Assembly (NCBI GenBank): GCA_964016885.1
Contig: OZ024741.1
Span: forward strand, 407,464,001-407,528,000
Direction of reading: 5' to 3'
Length of the DNA stretch: 64,000 bases
Source: Eledone cirrhosa
Lineage: Eukaryota
The notes under the pieces were generated by a model that made no database searches, had not been told where the DNA came from, and saw nothing but the letters and a program-made list of their open reading frames with translations. This document shows positions 1 to 13,890 of this stretch, piece by piece. Positions within the stretch are counted from its first letter, which is position 1. Every line of letters starts with the position of its first letter. A program made the translations under genes and the position numbers.

Positions 1-290
1 ATTGCAAATGACCAAGTTAGCTAGATTGAAAAATACTAATTAGATTAATACAGTTTGCCTGTCTCGATTTAAAATAATAAAATAATAAAAACATATAATA
101 AATAATAAATCAATAAAAACACGGCTATTGCCAATATGGGTTTGTTTTTATTGATTTATTATTTTATATCGTGACAGGCAAACTGTATTAATCTAATTAA
201 TATTTTTCAATCTAGCTAACTTGGTCATTTGCAATACAAAAACACTTATATGATTGTATTACTGTTTATCATATATTAATTTATATTAAC
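1..290. repeat. Fold-back (inverted repeat, ~1-235) pLTR-like fragment related to the 522-bp array unit
   Basis: 1-~120 is the reverse complement of ~145-235. 121-290 (acggctattgccaat...ttgatttattatttta..atc...caaactgta...ttcaatct.gctaa...gcaata...catatattaatttata) aligns by eye with the 3' third of the array unit. Ends in (TA)n. Confidence 0.8.
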
Positions 291-291
291 T

Positions 292-365
<74 letters not shown>

Positions 366-594
366 ATATATATAATTAAGTTAAAAATGTACATCCACAT
401 ATGTATACTGAAATACTAGTATGCATATGAATACACACACGTATACATATGTAGATGTACCGAGTTTTTCACTGGTCACTTTACTGTGAGTGTCCAGCAA
501 TTCTGTATGTAAACACACAGGCAAACCGGTTTTTAGAGTCATACTGGTTTTTGAGGAAACACCTTTCCTCTATTCTCCAGAAAGCCAGACAAGG

Positions 595-639
595 AATATT
601 GAACTAGTTTCGATGTTGTTACATCTCATCAGCAATATT
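595..639 (-). ncRNA. Type I hammerhead ribozyme (minimal)
   Basis: Minus strand: AAUAUUG-CUGAUGA-GAUGU(AACA)ACAUC-GAAAC-UA-GUU^CAAUAUU. Perfect stems I and II, palindromic stem III ACUAGU. Confidence 0.9.
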
Positions 640-766
640 TACCTATCTTCCGGCCTCTCTAGAGAATCGTAAAAGCACATATCGTTATATGCTTTTTCTA
701 TGAAAATTAGTAGTGGGCAGACTAATTTGCATAGAGCATGAGTACGTACCGGTTCAACGGAGACGA

Positions 767-1105
<339 letters not shown>

Positions 1106-1117
1106 CATATATATATA

Positions 1118-1244
<127 letters not shown>

Positions 1245-1245
1245 C

Positions 1246-1316
<71 letters not shown>

Positions 1317-1357
1317 AATAACAGGAGGTTGGACTGGTGTAAGTCCTTGAAAGGTTT

Positions 1358-1420
1358 AATTTACTATGATCATTTCAATGACCGAGTTCAATATGAATCC
1401 GATGACATCATCAGGTAATT
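1358..1420 (-). ncRNA. Hammerhead ribozyme-like motif
   Basis: Minus strand: AAUUAC-CUGAUGA-(imperfect stem II)-GAAAU-GAUC-AUA^GUAAAUU. Confidence 0.65.
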
Positions 1421-1532
1421 CAAAATATAACGAAGGGATATAACAGATAAAAATCCATGGTGCTGAAAATCAGAGACAGGAGGGCGACCGGCAATTTAGC
1501 AGCTTCTACCTCTGTCGGCTGCCCTCAATATA

Positions 1533-1570
<38 letters not shown>

Positions 1571-1577
1571 CTTATAC

Positions 1578-1655
<78 letters not shown>

Positions 1656-1657
<2 letters not shown>

Positions 1658-2333
1658 ATGGCAGAGACTAAAACAAAATATCTGGTGGAGAATGTTGAGA
1701 AGCCAGAGGGGATCACTAATGTAGGCGGGAAGCCGCTGGAATTGGTTGAGGACTTCCTGTATTTGGGAGCAAAGATTGGGAATACGGATGATGATGTGGT
1801 TGGGAGGAAGAGCAAGGCCTGGGCGGCGTGTCACAGCTTGAGATCGGTGTGGAAGTCGGACCTTCGTAGAGACCTGAAGATCCGCCTCTTCATTGCTGTA
1901 GTGGAGTCTGTGCTGCTGTATGGGTCTGAGACTTGGACACTGACCAAGAGACTCATTCAGATGGTGGATGGGTGCTACACGAGAATGCTGAGGATGGCTC
2001 TGAACATTAATCAGTATACACTGAGGATGAAAAACTCAGAGCTGTATGGGAGCATCCCAAAAGTCAGCTTAAAAGTGACACAGAGGAGACTGAGGTTGGC
2101 TGGACATGCTCACCGACATCCAGAGTTGACATTGCACTCAGTGCTCCTTTGGGAGCCCCTACATGGACACACTAGAAGAGGAAGACCAAGGTTAACATAT
2201 GTTGATGCCCTAAGGACAGACACTGGTCTGTTGGAGATGCAGGATATGGCAGCGATAATAAGGGACAGAGACCGCTGGAGAGAACTCGTCCATGGATCTC
2301 GGGAATTTTACCCGCCTTAGATAGATAGATAGA
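1656..2333 (+). mobile_element. 5'-truncated RTE-clade LINE (RT C-terminus), (TAGA)n tail
   Basis: ORF has [45 protein letters not shown]. Same family as 58043-60204. Confidence 0.92.
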
Positions 2334-2864
2334 TATATATATATGAATTTATAAATTATAAATTACACAAGTATCAAAGTTATGTTCAAATAATTTAATC
2401 GCTGGCAATTGTTTCTTCCAAACTTTAGTTTGGTGTCATCGGAGCATTATCAATGTTTGTACATATAAGTAACCTCCTATTCAACTGAAGAATCATATAG
2501 ATACATATATATATTGATGTTGTGAACAACAGAACAACAGTTTAGTATATATAGGGTGTAATGGATGCGACATATATTATACGAGAATTGTACAATAATT
2601 CAAATTAAGATTAAAATTAAAATTCAAGTTAAAATTCAAGTTAAAATTAAAAGCACAGAGTGGAATACATGCGACACATAATACAAGAGAATAGTCTAAT
2701 AATTAAAGAGGTATTGAGAAAGATGTACAACACCTTATTAAACTCTTTTGAAAATAACCTAATAAAACTAGTTAAGAAAATTAAGTACAAAAAGCATCGT
2801 ACTAGAAACAGCACCTTCTTAAACAAACTTAACTCCCCTATTAAATGATTTAATAAAAAAAAAA

Positions 2865-4960
2865 ATTATAGTACATGCAGATAAAACAAATAATATATAT
2901 AGCTTGGATTATGATACATATAGAAAATTTATATATAAAGAACTACATAGGAACTATACGAAAACTACTATTAAAAACCTAGAAGATATAAATATAGAAG
3001 GCCGTAATATAGTGTGTAAATTAGGACTTCAGAGACATACACAGCCATACACCCCTAACCCCATGAGATTCTCTCTGAAGGACCATAAAGAAGACTTTAT
3101 TAGTAACCCTTCGATAAGACTAATCTGCCCTTCCAAATCTGACATTGGTATTATCAGCAAGAAAATATTAGATAGAATCATCTCACAGATTAAGCACAAA
3201 ATATATCTTAACCAGTGGGAAATACAGGTGAAGTTATTGAATGGTTCAAGGATATTAAAGAGAATAAAAAAAATAAATTATAAAATTTGATATCAATTCA
3301 TACTACACCTCTATTTCCCCTACCCTATTAAATAAGGCACTAATTATGGCCATGAACAATAGTAACCTGACTAGATCCCAAATTGATGTCATACTTGCGG
3401 CCCGACAAACCATAATTACATTTGAAGATGAATTATGGACCCGCAAGGATACGCATAACAACTTTGACATAACTATGGGATCTAGTGACTCGGCGCAGGT
3501 CACTGATTTGGTGGGCCTATATCTACTAAATGAAATTCATAAGAACCTACCCTACCTCAATGGTGGTTTATACCGCGATGATACACTACTCCTTATAGAC
3601 TATAACAAATTTAATATAGAAGGAACTAGGAAACTATTACATAAAATTTTCAAAAACTTCAACTTAAGTATCACCTTAGACTAAAACACTAAAAATATTA
3701 ACTTCCTTGATGCTACCATTTACCTAGACTCTAAGATATATACACCCTTTCATAAACCCAACGAAAAACTAATTTATGTGGATACCAAGTCTAACCACCC
3801 TAAATCCATATTAAACTCAATCACTAAAGGAATATCTAATAGAATCTCTAATCTACCTCATAACGAAACTATATTTAACAATAATTCCCAATTCTATAAT
3901 CAGGCATTAGCAAAATCAGGCCATAAAAATGGGATTGAATTCCTACCTATAAAATCACATATTACAGCATTATTTCTCACAATATGGCCATGAGGAAAAA
4001 TAATAATAAGAGTACTAGCCACTCTTACTCTAGTACGAAGGGTAATATCAAACTTAACTCGCACGAAAGTAAACAGCACAATAATATTATAAACAGAAAT
4101 ACCTCAATAGATATTACAAAAAACAAAAATAGAAGAACTAATACATTCTTCAATCCCCCTTTCAATCTAAACGTCTCTACCAACTTACCTAAGGCTTTCT
4201 TCTCAATCCTAGAAAAAAACTTCCCATCTGGCCACAAATACCGTAATCTTATAAATAAAAACACCATTAAAATCTCTTACTCTACCACACCTAACATAGC
4301 ATACCATATAGCTAGTAGTAATAAAAGGAAGATTAATAATTATTTCCAACTAATTAAAACACAGCAGGAGGTAAACTTACAGAACAACATAATAATTACA
4401 AACCCTAGTAGCATTAGTAATAATAATAATAACACTAATGAAATCAATAACAATAGGAACGACAACCATCATTGCCCTAATGCTATCCATAGCAACCAGA
4501 CTTTTACACAAAATAATAACCGGCAAGATAACATCCAAAATAAATGTAACTGTAGATCAAATAGAACTTGCCCTTTAGGTAATAATTGCTTAATCAAAGA
4601 CATCATTTACTCCTGCACGGTCAACACAAAGAACTCATATATTGGCTCTACTTCTAACTGCTTCAAGACGAGATACAACTCGCACCGCCACTCTTTCAAA
4701 AAACACAATCTAGCCAACTCCACTTCACTATCTAGCTACATAAACTCTATGAAAACTAGGAATAGAACATATACACTTCAATGGGGAGTAGTAGGTAGGG
4801 CTACATCATATAAACCACCGAATACATTTTGAAACCTCTGTCTCCTAGAGACCCATACTATAATCTTTTCGAAACTAAACCTCCTATATAAAAAGTCAGA
4901 GATGTTTTTCTCGTGCCAGCACCACTACCGACACACATTCCATAGCTTTAAACCTAGTAT
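2865..4960 (+). pseudogene. PLE reverse transcriptase + Cys-rich linker + GIY-YIG endonuclease, frameshifted
   Basis: ADKTNN, LKDHK..F..NPSIRLICP, FDITMGSSDSA, GLYRDD, SNHP, FNPPF, CNCR....CPL...C..KDIIY..YIGST...FKTRY..H across several frames. Confidence 0.92.
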
Positions 4961-6160
4961 ATAACAATGTCAGATTTGAATTCATCAACACCATTAGCAC
5001 TTCATCTCTAAGACTTTTCTTCCCCCACAGCATCACACTCTTTGATCTGCTCTTTCCTCTACACAAATCCTATTTAGCTCTAACATTATACTCTAGAAAT
5101 AATTATCTAGTCACCACCTTATAATATAAATACTTTAGATTACTTATAATATATACAGTAATTGAAATATAATATAATATATATAGATATTAAATGTAAT
5201 AGGTGACAATGAATTATATATACTTTTATAATTAAATGTATGAATTAATAACATTGTATATAAAGGATTAATTTATTAACATAAGGGATTTATCTAATTT
5301 AACATGTAAACAGCTATACATTATTCCATATCTTGCCAAATATTGGGTAGATAACAATCTAATGAAACCTTTAATATATTATGAGAGAGTAGACTGTATT
5401 TAAAATTAAATATAAATATATAACATTTTGTATAAGGGATTCAATTGTGACACTATATAATGTCTATTAGAGCAAAGAATTTAAATATTATTAGCTCCCC
5501 TTAATTCCGTATCCACTTCCGGATATTAAACCGTTGAAAAATCTCGCTGTAGAACAACTCGAAACCATGAATATGAATACAATAAGACCAAGTTACAATC
5601 AATTACTATAACTAACTAAAAACATTCATATGTAATGGATGGGAAATCAGTAACTTAACATATGTAATGGATGGGAAATCAGTAACTTTCATATTCTACA
5701 CACATACAAATTTGAACTATACAGAAACTATCATCGCTTTACATCCTCCATAATACACTAACATATTCGTTTAAAGTGCTTGTATTTTATGTAATACCTT
5801 GCCATACAGTACTCATATATGCCTAATTCATTTGCTTGTTTCCTCCCCATATATATGACTAACGCATGTACAATCTCTACACGCTTGAATACTTCTTTCT
5901 CGATGCCTCTCTAATTATTAGACTATTCTCTTGTATTATCTATCGGATGTATTCCACTCTGTGCTTTTAATTTTAACTTTAATTTTAACTTGAATTTTAA
6001 TTTTAATCTTAATTTGAATTATTGTACAATTCTCGTATAATATATATCGCATCCATTATACCCTATATATACTAAACTGTTGTTCACAACATCAATATAT
6101 ATGTATCTATATGATTCTTCAGTTGAATAGGAGGTTACTTATATGTACAAACATTGATAA

Positions 6161-6207
6161 TGCTCCGATGACACCAAACTAAAGTTTGGAAGAAACAATT
6201 ATCAGCG
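6161..6207 (+). ncRNA. HHR in Neptune pLTR, CCGAUGA core variant (other copies 2400-2446 and 8094-8140, minus strand)
   Basis: UGCU-CCGAUGA-(ccaaacu aa aguuugg)-GAAAC-AAUU-[AUC here; GUC at 8094; GCC at 2400]^AGCG. Confidence 0.75.
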
Positions 6208-6392
6208 ATTAAATGATTTGAACATAACTTTGATACTTGTGTAATTTATATTCCTGCTCTGTAAAACAACTGATGTTCTTACATTGAGCTATTTCTCTTA
6301 CTGGTAATAAGGTAGTAATAAATTACTGACCTTCCCTGTTTATAGTTGTTTATAGTATTATCTATAAATAGTATCTTTATTATTATTATTAT

Positions 6393-6440
<48 letters not shown>

Positions 6441-6444
<4 letters not shown>

Positions 6445-8011
6445 TATAGAAATAGAATATTCGAAAATATTCTGTATGTTTATAATAAACATTTTGAAGA
6501 CCTAATCGCTATAGAATAGAATACGTCACGTATTACAATTAGATTCTCGATAAAAGCAAGGGAAGTAATCTACGCGTTTCATTCTCGTAAGAAATCATCA
6601 GGACTACATATCCAGTGCTTTTATCGAGAATGACACAGCTAGAGACTTATAGAATACTTAGCTGTGTACAGGAACTGGTTTGAAAGAGCGGTTGCCGGTC
6701 CGGCAGAAATTAGAAATTGGAATAAATGCTCTGAAATAGCGATATATATGTGAATATAGAAATAGAATATTCGAAAATATTCTGTATGTTTATAATAAAC
6801 ATTTTGAAGACCTAATCGCTATAGAATAGAATACGTCACGTATTACAATTAGATTCTCGATAAAAGCAAGGGAAGTAATCTACGCGTTTCATTCTCGTAA
6901 GAAATCATCAGGACTACATATCCAGTGCTTTTATCGAGAATGACACAGCTAGAGACTTATAGAATACTTAGCTGTGTACAGGAACTGGTTTGAAAGAGCG
7001 GTTGCCGGTCCGGCAGAAATTAGAAATTGGAATAAATGCTCTGAAATAGCGATATATATGTGAATATAGAAATAGAATATTCGAAAATATTCTGTATGTT
7101 TATAATAAACATTTTGAAGACCTAATCGCTATAGAATAGAATACGTCACGTATTACAATTAGATTCTCGATAAAAGCAAGGGAAGTAATCTACGCGTTTC
7201 ATTCTCGTAAGAAATCATCAGGACTACATATCCAGTGCTTTTATCGAGAATGACACAGCTAGAGACTTATAGAATACTTAGCTGTGTACAGGAACTGGTT
7301 TGAAAGAGCGGTTGCCGGTCCGGCAGAAATTAGAAATTGGAATAAATGCTCTGAAATAGCGATATATATGTGAATATTTCAGAGCATTTATTCCAATTTC
7401 TAATTTCTGCCGGACCGGCAACCGCTCTTTCAAACCAGTTCCTGTACACAGCTAAGTATTCTATAAGTCTCTAGCTGTGTCATTCTCGATAAAAGCACTG
7501 GATATGTAGTCCTGATGATTTCTTACGAGAATGAAACGCGTAGATTACTTCCCTTGCTTTTATCGAGAATCTAATTGTAATACGTGACGTATTCTATTCT
7601 ATAGCGATTAGGTCTTCAAAATGTTTATTATAAACATACAGAATATTTTCGAATATTCTATTTCTATATTCACATATATATCGCTATTTCAGAGCATTTA
7701 TTCCAATTTCTAATTTCTGCCGGACCGGCAACCGCTCTTTCAAACCAGTTCCTGTACACAGCTAAGTATTCTATAAGTCTCTAGCTGTGTCATTCTCGAT
7801 AAAAGCACTGGATATGTAGTCCTGATGATTTCTTACGAGAATGAAACGCGTAGATTACTTCCCTTGCTTTTATCGAGAATCTAATTGTAATACGTGACGT
7901 ATTCTATTCTATAGCGATTAGGTCTTCAAAATGTTTATTATAAACATACAGAATATTTTCGAATATTCTATTTCTATATTCACATATATATCGCTATTTC
8001 AGAGCATTTAT

Positions 8012-8018
<7 letters not shown>
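6441..8018. repeat. Palindromic tandem array of 310-bp HHR-bearing units (3 minus + 2 plus)
   Basis: Units start at 6441, 6751, 7061; orientation flips at ~7375. Copies look identical. Flanked by (TA)n. Confidence 0.95.
7506..7548 (+). ncRNA. Minimal type I HHR (also 7816-7858 +; 6565-6607, 6875-6917, 7185-7227 -)
   Basis: GUAGUC-CUGAUGA-U-UUCU(UACG)AGAA-U-GAAAC-GC-GUA^GAUUAC. Stem I is extended by a perfect 16-bp AUUCUCGAUAAAAGCA/UGCUUUUAUCGAGAAU helix. Confidence 0.92.
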
Positions 8019-8052
<34 letters not shown>

Positions 8053-8057
<5 letters not shown>

Positions 8058-8650
8058 TACACAAGTATCAAAGTTATGTTCAAATCATTTAATCGCTGAC
8101 AATTGTTTCTTCCAAACTTTAGTTTGGTGTCATCGGAGCATTATCAATGTTTGTACATATAAGTAACCTCCTATTCAACTGAAGAATCATATAGATACAT
8201 ATATATTGATGTTGTGAACAACAGTTTAGTATATATAGGGTATAATGGATGCGATATATATTATACGAGAATTGTACAATAATTCAAATTAAGATTAAAA
8301 TTAAAATTCAAGTTAAAATTAAAGTTAAAATTAAAAGCACAGAGTGGAATACATCCGATAGATAATACAAGAGAATAGTCTAATAATTAGAGAGGCATCG
8401 AGAAAGAAGTATTCAAGCGTGTAGAGATTGTACATGCGTTAGTCATATATATGGGGAGGAAACAAGCAAATGAATTAGGCATATATGAGTACTGTATGGC
8501 AAGGTATTACATAAAATACAAGCACTTTAAACGAATACGTTAGTGTGTTATGGAGGATGTAAAGCGATGATAGTTTCTGTATAGTTCAAATTTGTATGTG
8601 TGTAGAATATGAAAGTTACTGATTTCCCATCCATTACATATGTTAAGTTA
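8053..8650 (-). mobile_element. Inverted near-identical copy of the Neptune pLTR
   Basis: Reverse complement of 5652-6250. Confidence 0.9.
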
Positions 8651-8658
8651 TCTTTTAG

Positions 8659-8700
<42 letters not shown>

Positions 8701-8741
8701 TATATATACACATATATATATATATATATACACATATATAT

Positions 8742-8862
8742 GGAGACGGCGCGTGGCTGAGGGCTAGAGAATTGGATTCGCAATAGTAGTGCTGGGAGTT
8801 CGATTCCCGGGCCGAACGATGCGTTATATCCTTGAGCAAGATACTTTATTTCACGCTGTTCC
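8742..8862 (+). mobile_element. tRNA-derived SINE with CORE-like domain (5' part)
   Basis: A box ggcgcgtggctgagg, B box gagttcgattccc, then tccttgagcaagatactttatttcacg. Confidence 0.75.
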
Positions 8863-8962
8863 TTCTACCTGGAGTTGTGATCGATAGAGAGTATTAGCAA
8901 TTAGAAAGACCAATGGAAACATTGTCTCCTCGGTCCGATTTGACGAAAGTCGATCGACTGTC

Positions 8963-9059
<97 letters not shown>

Positions 9060-9064
9060 GTATA

Positions 9065-9122
<58 letters not shown>

Positions 9123-9873
9123 TGTCGCGTCACACTTGAGTGCTACTGGTAACATGTAACCCAGTACAACCTGTCGCATGGTCGGGTCGTCGGCGACTAA
9201 ACTGGCAACCCCACCAGGTTTACCTGGCGAGGAGGGTGATTTCGGACACCCTGCAGGACAAAAAAGCAAAACCTGACAAAGGGCGGAATAACTTATAAGA
9301 GTCAAAGGCCATCCAAAAGTGTGTAAATATGTATATACATATGTATGTATATGTATATGTGTATATACATGGGTGCATGTATATGTATATGTGGGGACAT
9401 ATAAATAGTCGGGCTGGACACCCGAACGCGCGGTTAAACCACTGGGAGTGAAGGACCCCTAGCTTTGTCAGGGCCTTCTTCTAGTTGAAGGCAACTCAGG
9501 AAACTGGGGTAACTCCGATATAAAACATGTGTCTCAGTAGTTACCGATGATGTTGATCTTTTCTTCTTTTCGGGTTATAGCTACTTTCGCTCAGGGAGTG
9601 GGATTGGCTCAGTGCACAGTCTTTCCTCACTTTAAAAAGTATCTTCACTCACAGGCATTGCACGATAGAATTTATTATTAATTATTAATAATGGTATATC
9701 GTGCAATGGCCATACTCGATAACTAGGAGGCTGCCATTATATATACATATATAAACCCTGTTTGCTGAAAATTTAAAGTAAGTGAGACTGTCACTACTCT
9801 AAAACAATAGCGTAAGGTCTTGGAAATGCTTTTAATTAAGCATACAGTGTATTGCGAAATACACTGTATATAC

Positions 9874-9984
<111 letters not shown>

Positions 9985-10905
9985 AATTTCAGCGAGATCG
10001 TATTTCGGTTGTGGTCAAATACAAAGTGATATGCAATTTAAGAGATATGCGGCAAGCCCTCAATGGACTAAAAGAAGACCAGAGCAATTAACATACGTTA
10101 TAGAGGCCATACAAACTTGGTGGAAATGTAGCTGCTATTTCTAGAAAGTCAGACGGTTGTGTTGACAATGTTACGTGTGAGTTTTTCAAGATTCGTGCAG
10201 CAATAAAAACAATATTTATTTTTCAATCTGAAGGCTTTCTTCATTCCAGTGCAGTAATTTGTCAGGCTGTTGTGGTTTACGGAACACGCTATCTACGGTT
10301 TGTTTATGTTATATATGATCAGCATTGAAAGATATTCACATTATTCCTTCTTTCTGACATTGGTACAAGGTTAACTATTCAAATGATCTTTATATATTGA
10401 ATTATCTTTATATAGCTTTGAATTTATAACAGCTTCGGTCTGTAAACACGCTGTTTAGTTATTTCCTATAAACCTGAGTATGTCCATGTGTTTTCTACGA
10501 GTGTTGGTTCAAAGGTTCATAGGTTAAAAAGTTCAAAGCCTGACCACGATACTCTCATGGAATGACCAAATGCGGTTTATTTTTCAACACAGTCACTGGA
10601 AAGAAACAATGTTATTATCAATAAGTCTTGGAACTAATGCTTGCAAGATTCCACAGCCCTAGCATCACTCCTTCATATGCTGAGCAAGATACTCTCATGG
10701 AATGACCAAATGAAGTTTATTTTTCAACATAGTCACTGGAAAGAAATAATGCAGTTATTAATAAGAAGAGTTGAAATTAAGTGAAAGAGAGAGAAAGAGG
10801 GAGAGAGGGAGGGGGGGAAATTGTGCCTGTATTAAATGAAATTAATTACATTTCAAATGTTTAATAAACATACATTCACACTTGTGAAAATAAATATCTT
10901 TGCGT

Positions 10906-10973
<68 letters not shown>

Positions 10974-10979
10974 TCGCAA

Positions 10980-11085
10980 GCTCTGATGAATTGACTGGTT
11001 ACAACTATGTATTGGTGATTGATTGACGCAGAAAGAGGCGGGTAGCGATCTCTAGACCTACCAGTTCAGAGAAACAATTGTCAGC
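10980..11085 (+). ncRNA. HHR with extended stem II
   Basis: GCU-CUGAUGA-..UGACUGGU...ACCAGUUCA..-GAAAC-AAUU-GUC^AGC, then AATAAA. Starts just after (TA)n. Confidence 0.75.
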
Positions 11086-11310
11086 AATGTGAATAAAGCC
11101 CTTATTGTATAGCAAACCATGTCACTCTTCTTTCTTGATTTATTATTACTCCAAGTGTAAACAACATAGAAATCACCGCGGACTCGCAGCATCACTATGG
11201 AAACGCCTTGTTGAGTCAAACTTGGCGAAGCGTTGATACTATCCACTACTCGGAGTACCCTAACTGGACTACATCTAGGTGGACTACCTATAACAATAAT
11301 TTGTTATCCC

Positions 11311-11382
<72 letters not shown>

Positions 11383-11559
11383 TAGAGAGAGACACAGAGA
11401 GCGAGAGAGAGGTAGATAAATAGATAGACAGATGTACATATACATATATGTCTTTGTGTGTGTGTGTTTGTGAGTGTGCATGAATGAATTTGAGTATGTA
11501 TTTTATATATGCATCTGTGTATTTATGCATAACGAAATCAAACCCAACAAATGAATGAC

Positions 11560-11960
11560 ATTACTGTCTCAGCATCTGGTAAACTACAGTTTAAAATTTA
11601 ACATCAACGAGTCTTACAAACTGTATGAGCCTCCTCTAAATTATACCCACCCCACCTCATAAAAACATCAACTGAGTTACCAATTACCACCGCTTTGAAA
11701 AGAACTCTTGCTTTCCAAACCCTTGGTTCCATCTTATCAACCGATTTCGACGAGATTAACAAGATGATACCAGCAGCTCATAGAAACCGTTATCACAGAA
11801 TCTACAAGAACCACGGACTCCAAACTACCATTAAGCTGCCTATAGTCCCAATGGTAGTTAACACTAATTTTCACTCTGCTTGCGAGAAATGAACTCCTTA
11901 TCGGCGTCTCATAAAACAGTTCGTTTGATTTCACCAATCAAAATGTCGTTCACATCTTAG
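11560..11960 (+). pseudogene. Degenerate RTE-type RT fragment
   Basis: FQTLGSILS..DEINK.I..A, ..YKNHGLQTTIKL, ACE-W-like motifs. Confidence 0.55.
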
Positions 11961-11984
11961 TATCAAATCGGTCCCAGTACCACA

Positions 11985-12205
11985 GGGTGGTGGATTAGCA
12001 GTATCGGTAGAGAGTCGGACACCATGCTTTGCAGCATAGAGTTACGGTCCTTTACGGTCTGAATTGAAATCCCGCCGAGGTTAACTTTGCCTTTGATCCT
12101 TACGGGGTCGATAAAATAAAGCACCAGTAATGTACTGGGGTAGATTTAATCGACTTTCCCCTCCCCCTAAATTACTGGCTTTGTGCCTATACTATAAATC
12201 ATTAA
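11985..12205 (+). mobile_element. tRNA-derived SINE (Meta-like central domain)
   Basis: ggtggattagcagtatcggtagag...aaatcccgccgaggttaactttgcctt...ggggtcgataaaataaagcaccagt. Confidence 0.85.
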
Positions 12206-12312
12206 TTTGAGCATTATGAAGACCAACCCTATGTCCAAGATCAAGCGGAAATGAGAAACAACGGAGCAATGAACATCAGGAAACAGCTACGCTTAATTGG
12301 TTATTTTCAAAG

Positions 12313-12410
12313 CACGAGGGTCGACTGTAAAGTTCATAGGTTGACTAAGATACTCACATGGAATGGCCAAATGAGGTTTATTTTTCAACATAGTTCCTGG
12401 AAAGAAACAA
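12313..12410 (+). mobile_element. Mariner-like MITE fragment (related pieces at 10515-10760)
   Basis: acgagggtcgactgtaaagttcatagg terminus shared with 17341-17605. Confidence 0.65.
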
Positions 12411-13194
12411 TCCTGGTAATTCCTTTGAATGAAACAGTTCTAGTCCTGTAAAATCAATTTTTATGTTAAATTTCATATATATGTATATGCTCGTGTGTGA
12501 CTGTGTGCGTGTGTGTGTGGAGGTGTGCGTGTGTGTGTGGGGGGGGGGTGTGATTGTGTGGGTGTAGTTCGTCAACGAAATTTGAGCTTTCTTCAGAAAT
12601 TAACATTTTATAATTAAAATGTTAGTATATATATCCCTTTAATAATGTATGAAGTTGTTCTACTCTCTATAAAGCCAGTATTATTTACAATATAAACAAC
12701 CAATGAACTTTCTTCTCTGTATAGAGTACCATGGGATGTAGTATTGATTAGTTTAAAAAAAAATATGAATGTATTTTGCTAACGTGCTGCGATAATTCCA
12801 TGAAAATTATATTCAATTAAGTTTTTCAATAATATACTATATAACTAAATCTGAAAATTGATATTTTCATTCTATATATTCAACAATGTGTTCAATATTA
12901 TAGATTGTTTTAAAAATCAATTATAATCACATACTAGTCCAACCACTCAATCGTCCTTTTAAATTTGTTTCTATGTTTATGAATATTAGATTGAAAATAT
13001 TTTACAAACATTATACAAACATTATATGCCTCGCTTAATGTTTCAATCGAATATATTCTCAGAATTATTTGAAATATATAGCATCCTTACATTGGCATTG
13101 GACTTCACCTTTGAATTGGTCTCTTTCGTGATTACGTTTTACTCTTTGAATATACATTGCCATCATCATCATCATCATCATCATCTTCATCATC

Positions 13195-13247
<53 letters not shown>

Positions 13248-13394
13248 AGACCCCCTAGAGTACATAGATGCTTTCTGCAATGTCCAACAAACAATCCTGC
13301 CTTCTGCCATTATTATCGCCTCCCAGGTTTTCATGTCAGACCATGCGCAGATGTCACTCATCCAGCACCTTAGCTGCTCTCTTTTTCTGATGCC

Positions 13395-13650
13395 TGGCAC
13401 ACATCAATGTATTCCAGTGGTCACCAGTTTCAAATCCTTGGGGTCATTCTCCCCCTGCTGCCTTGCACACATCAATGTATTACAGAGCTGGTCAGTCTCA
13501 AATCCTTGTGGTCCCTCTCCCCACTGCTGCCTTGCACGCATCAATGTATTACAGTGCTCACCAGTCACAAATCCTTGGAAACCCTCATCCCCTACTGTCA
13601 GGCATATGTCCATGTATTACAGAGCTAGCCGGTCTCAAATCCTTGCGGTG
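13395..13650. repeat. ~68-bp minisatellite, ~3.7 copies
   Basis: gcacacatcaatgtatt...caaatcctt recurs at 13397, 13465, 13534, ~13601. Confidence 0.85.
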
Positions 13651-13709
13651 TCTCACTACATCTCGCACTTATCTCGGCTTGCGATCTTGTGTTATCTTTA
13701 GCAGGATAT

Positions 13710-13890
13710 AGGGCAGTGGATTGGCAGTATCGTAGAGGGTCGGACGCCATGATTTGCAGCAAAGAGTTACAGCCCTTTATGAGTTCAAATCCCGCCGAGG
13801 TTAATTTTGCCTTTCATCCTTACGGGGTCGATAAAATAAAGTACCACTGGGATAATTGCCGGCCTTGTGCCAAAAGTAGAAACAGTTATC
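13710..13890 (+). mobile_element. tRNA-derived SINE
   Basis: Same family as 11985-12205. Confidence 0.85.

Larger units (their letters stand above)
2358..6375 (+). mobile_element. Penelope-like element (Neptune type), 5' truncated, with inverted 5' pLTR and 3' pLTR
   Basis: RT and GIY-YIG remnants. 2358-2722 is the reverse complement of ~5895-6250. The pLTR carries an HHR. Confidence 0.9.

Noticed and set aside
8742-8815. tRNA gene
   Set aside because: A/B boxes run into a SINE body; no proper cloverleaf.
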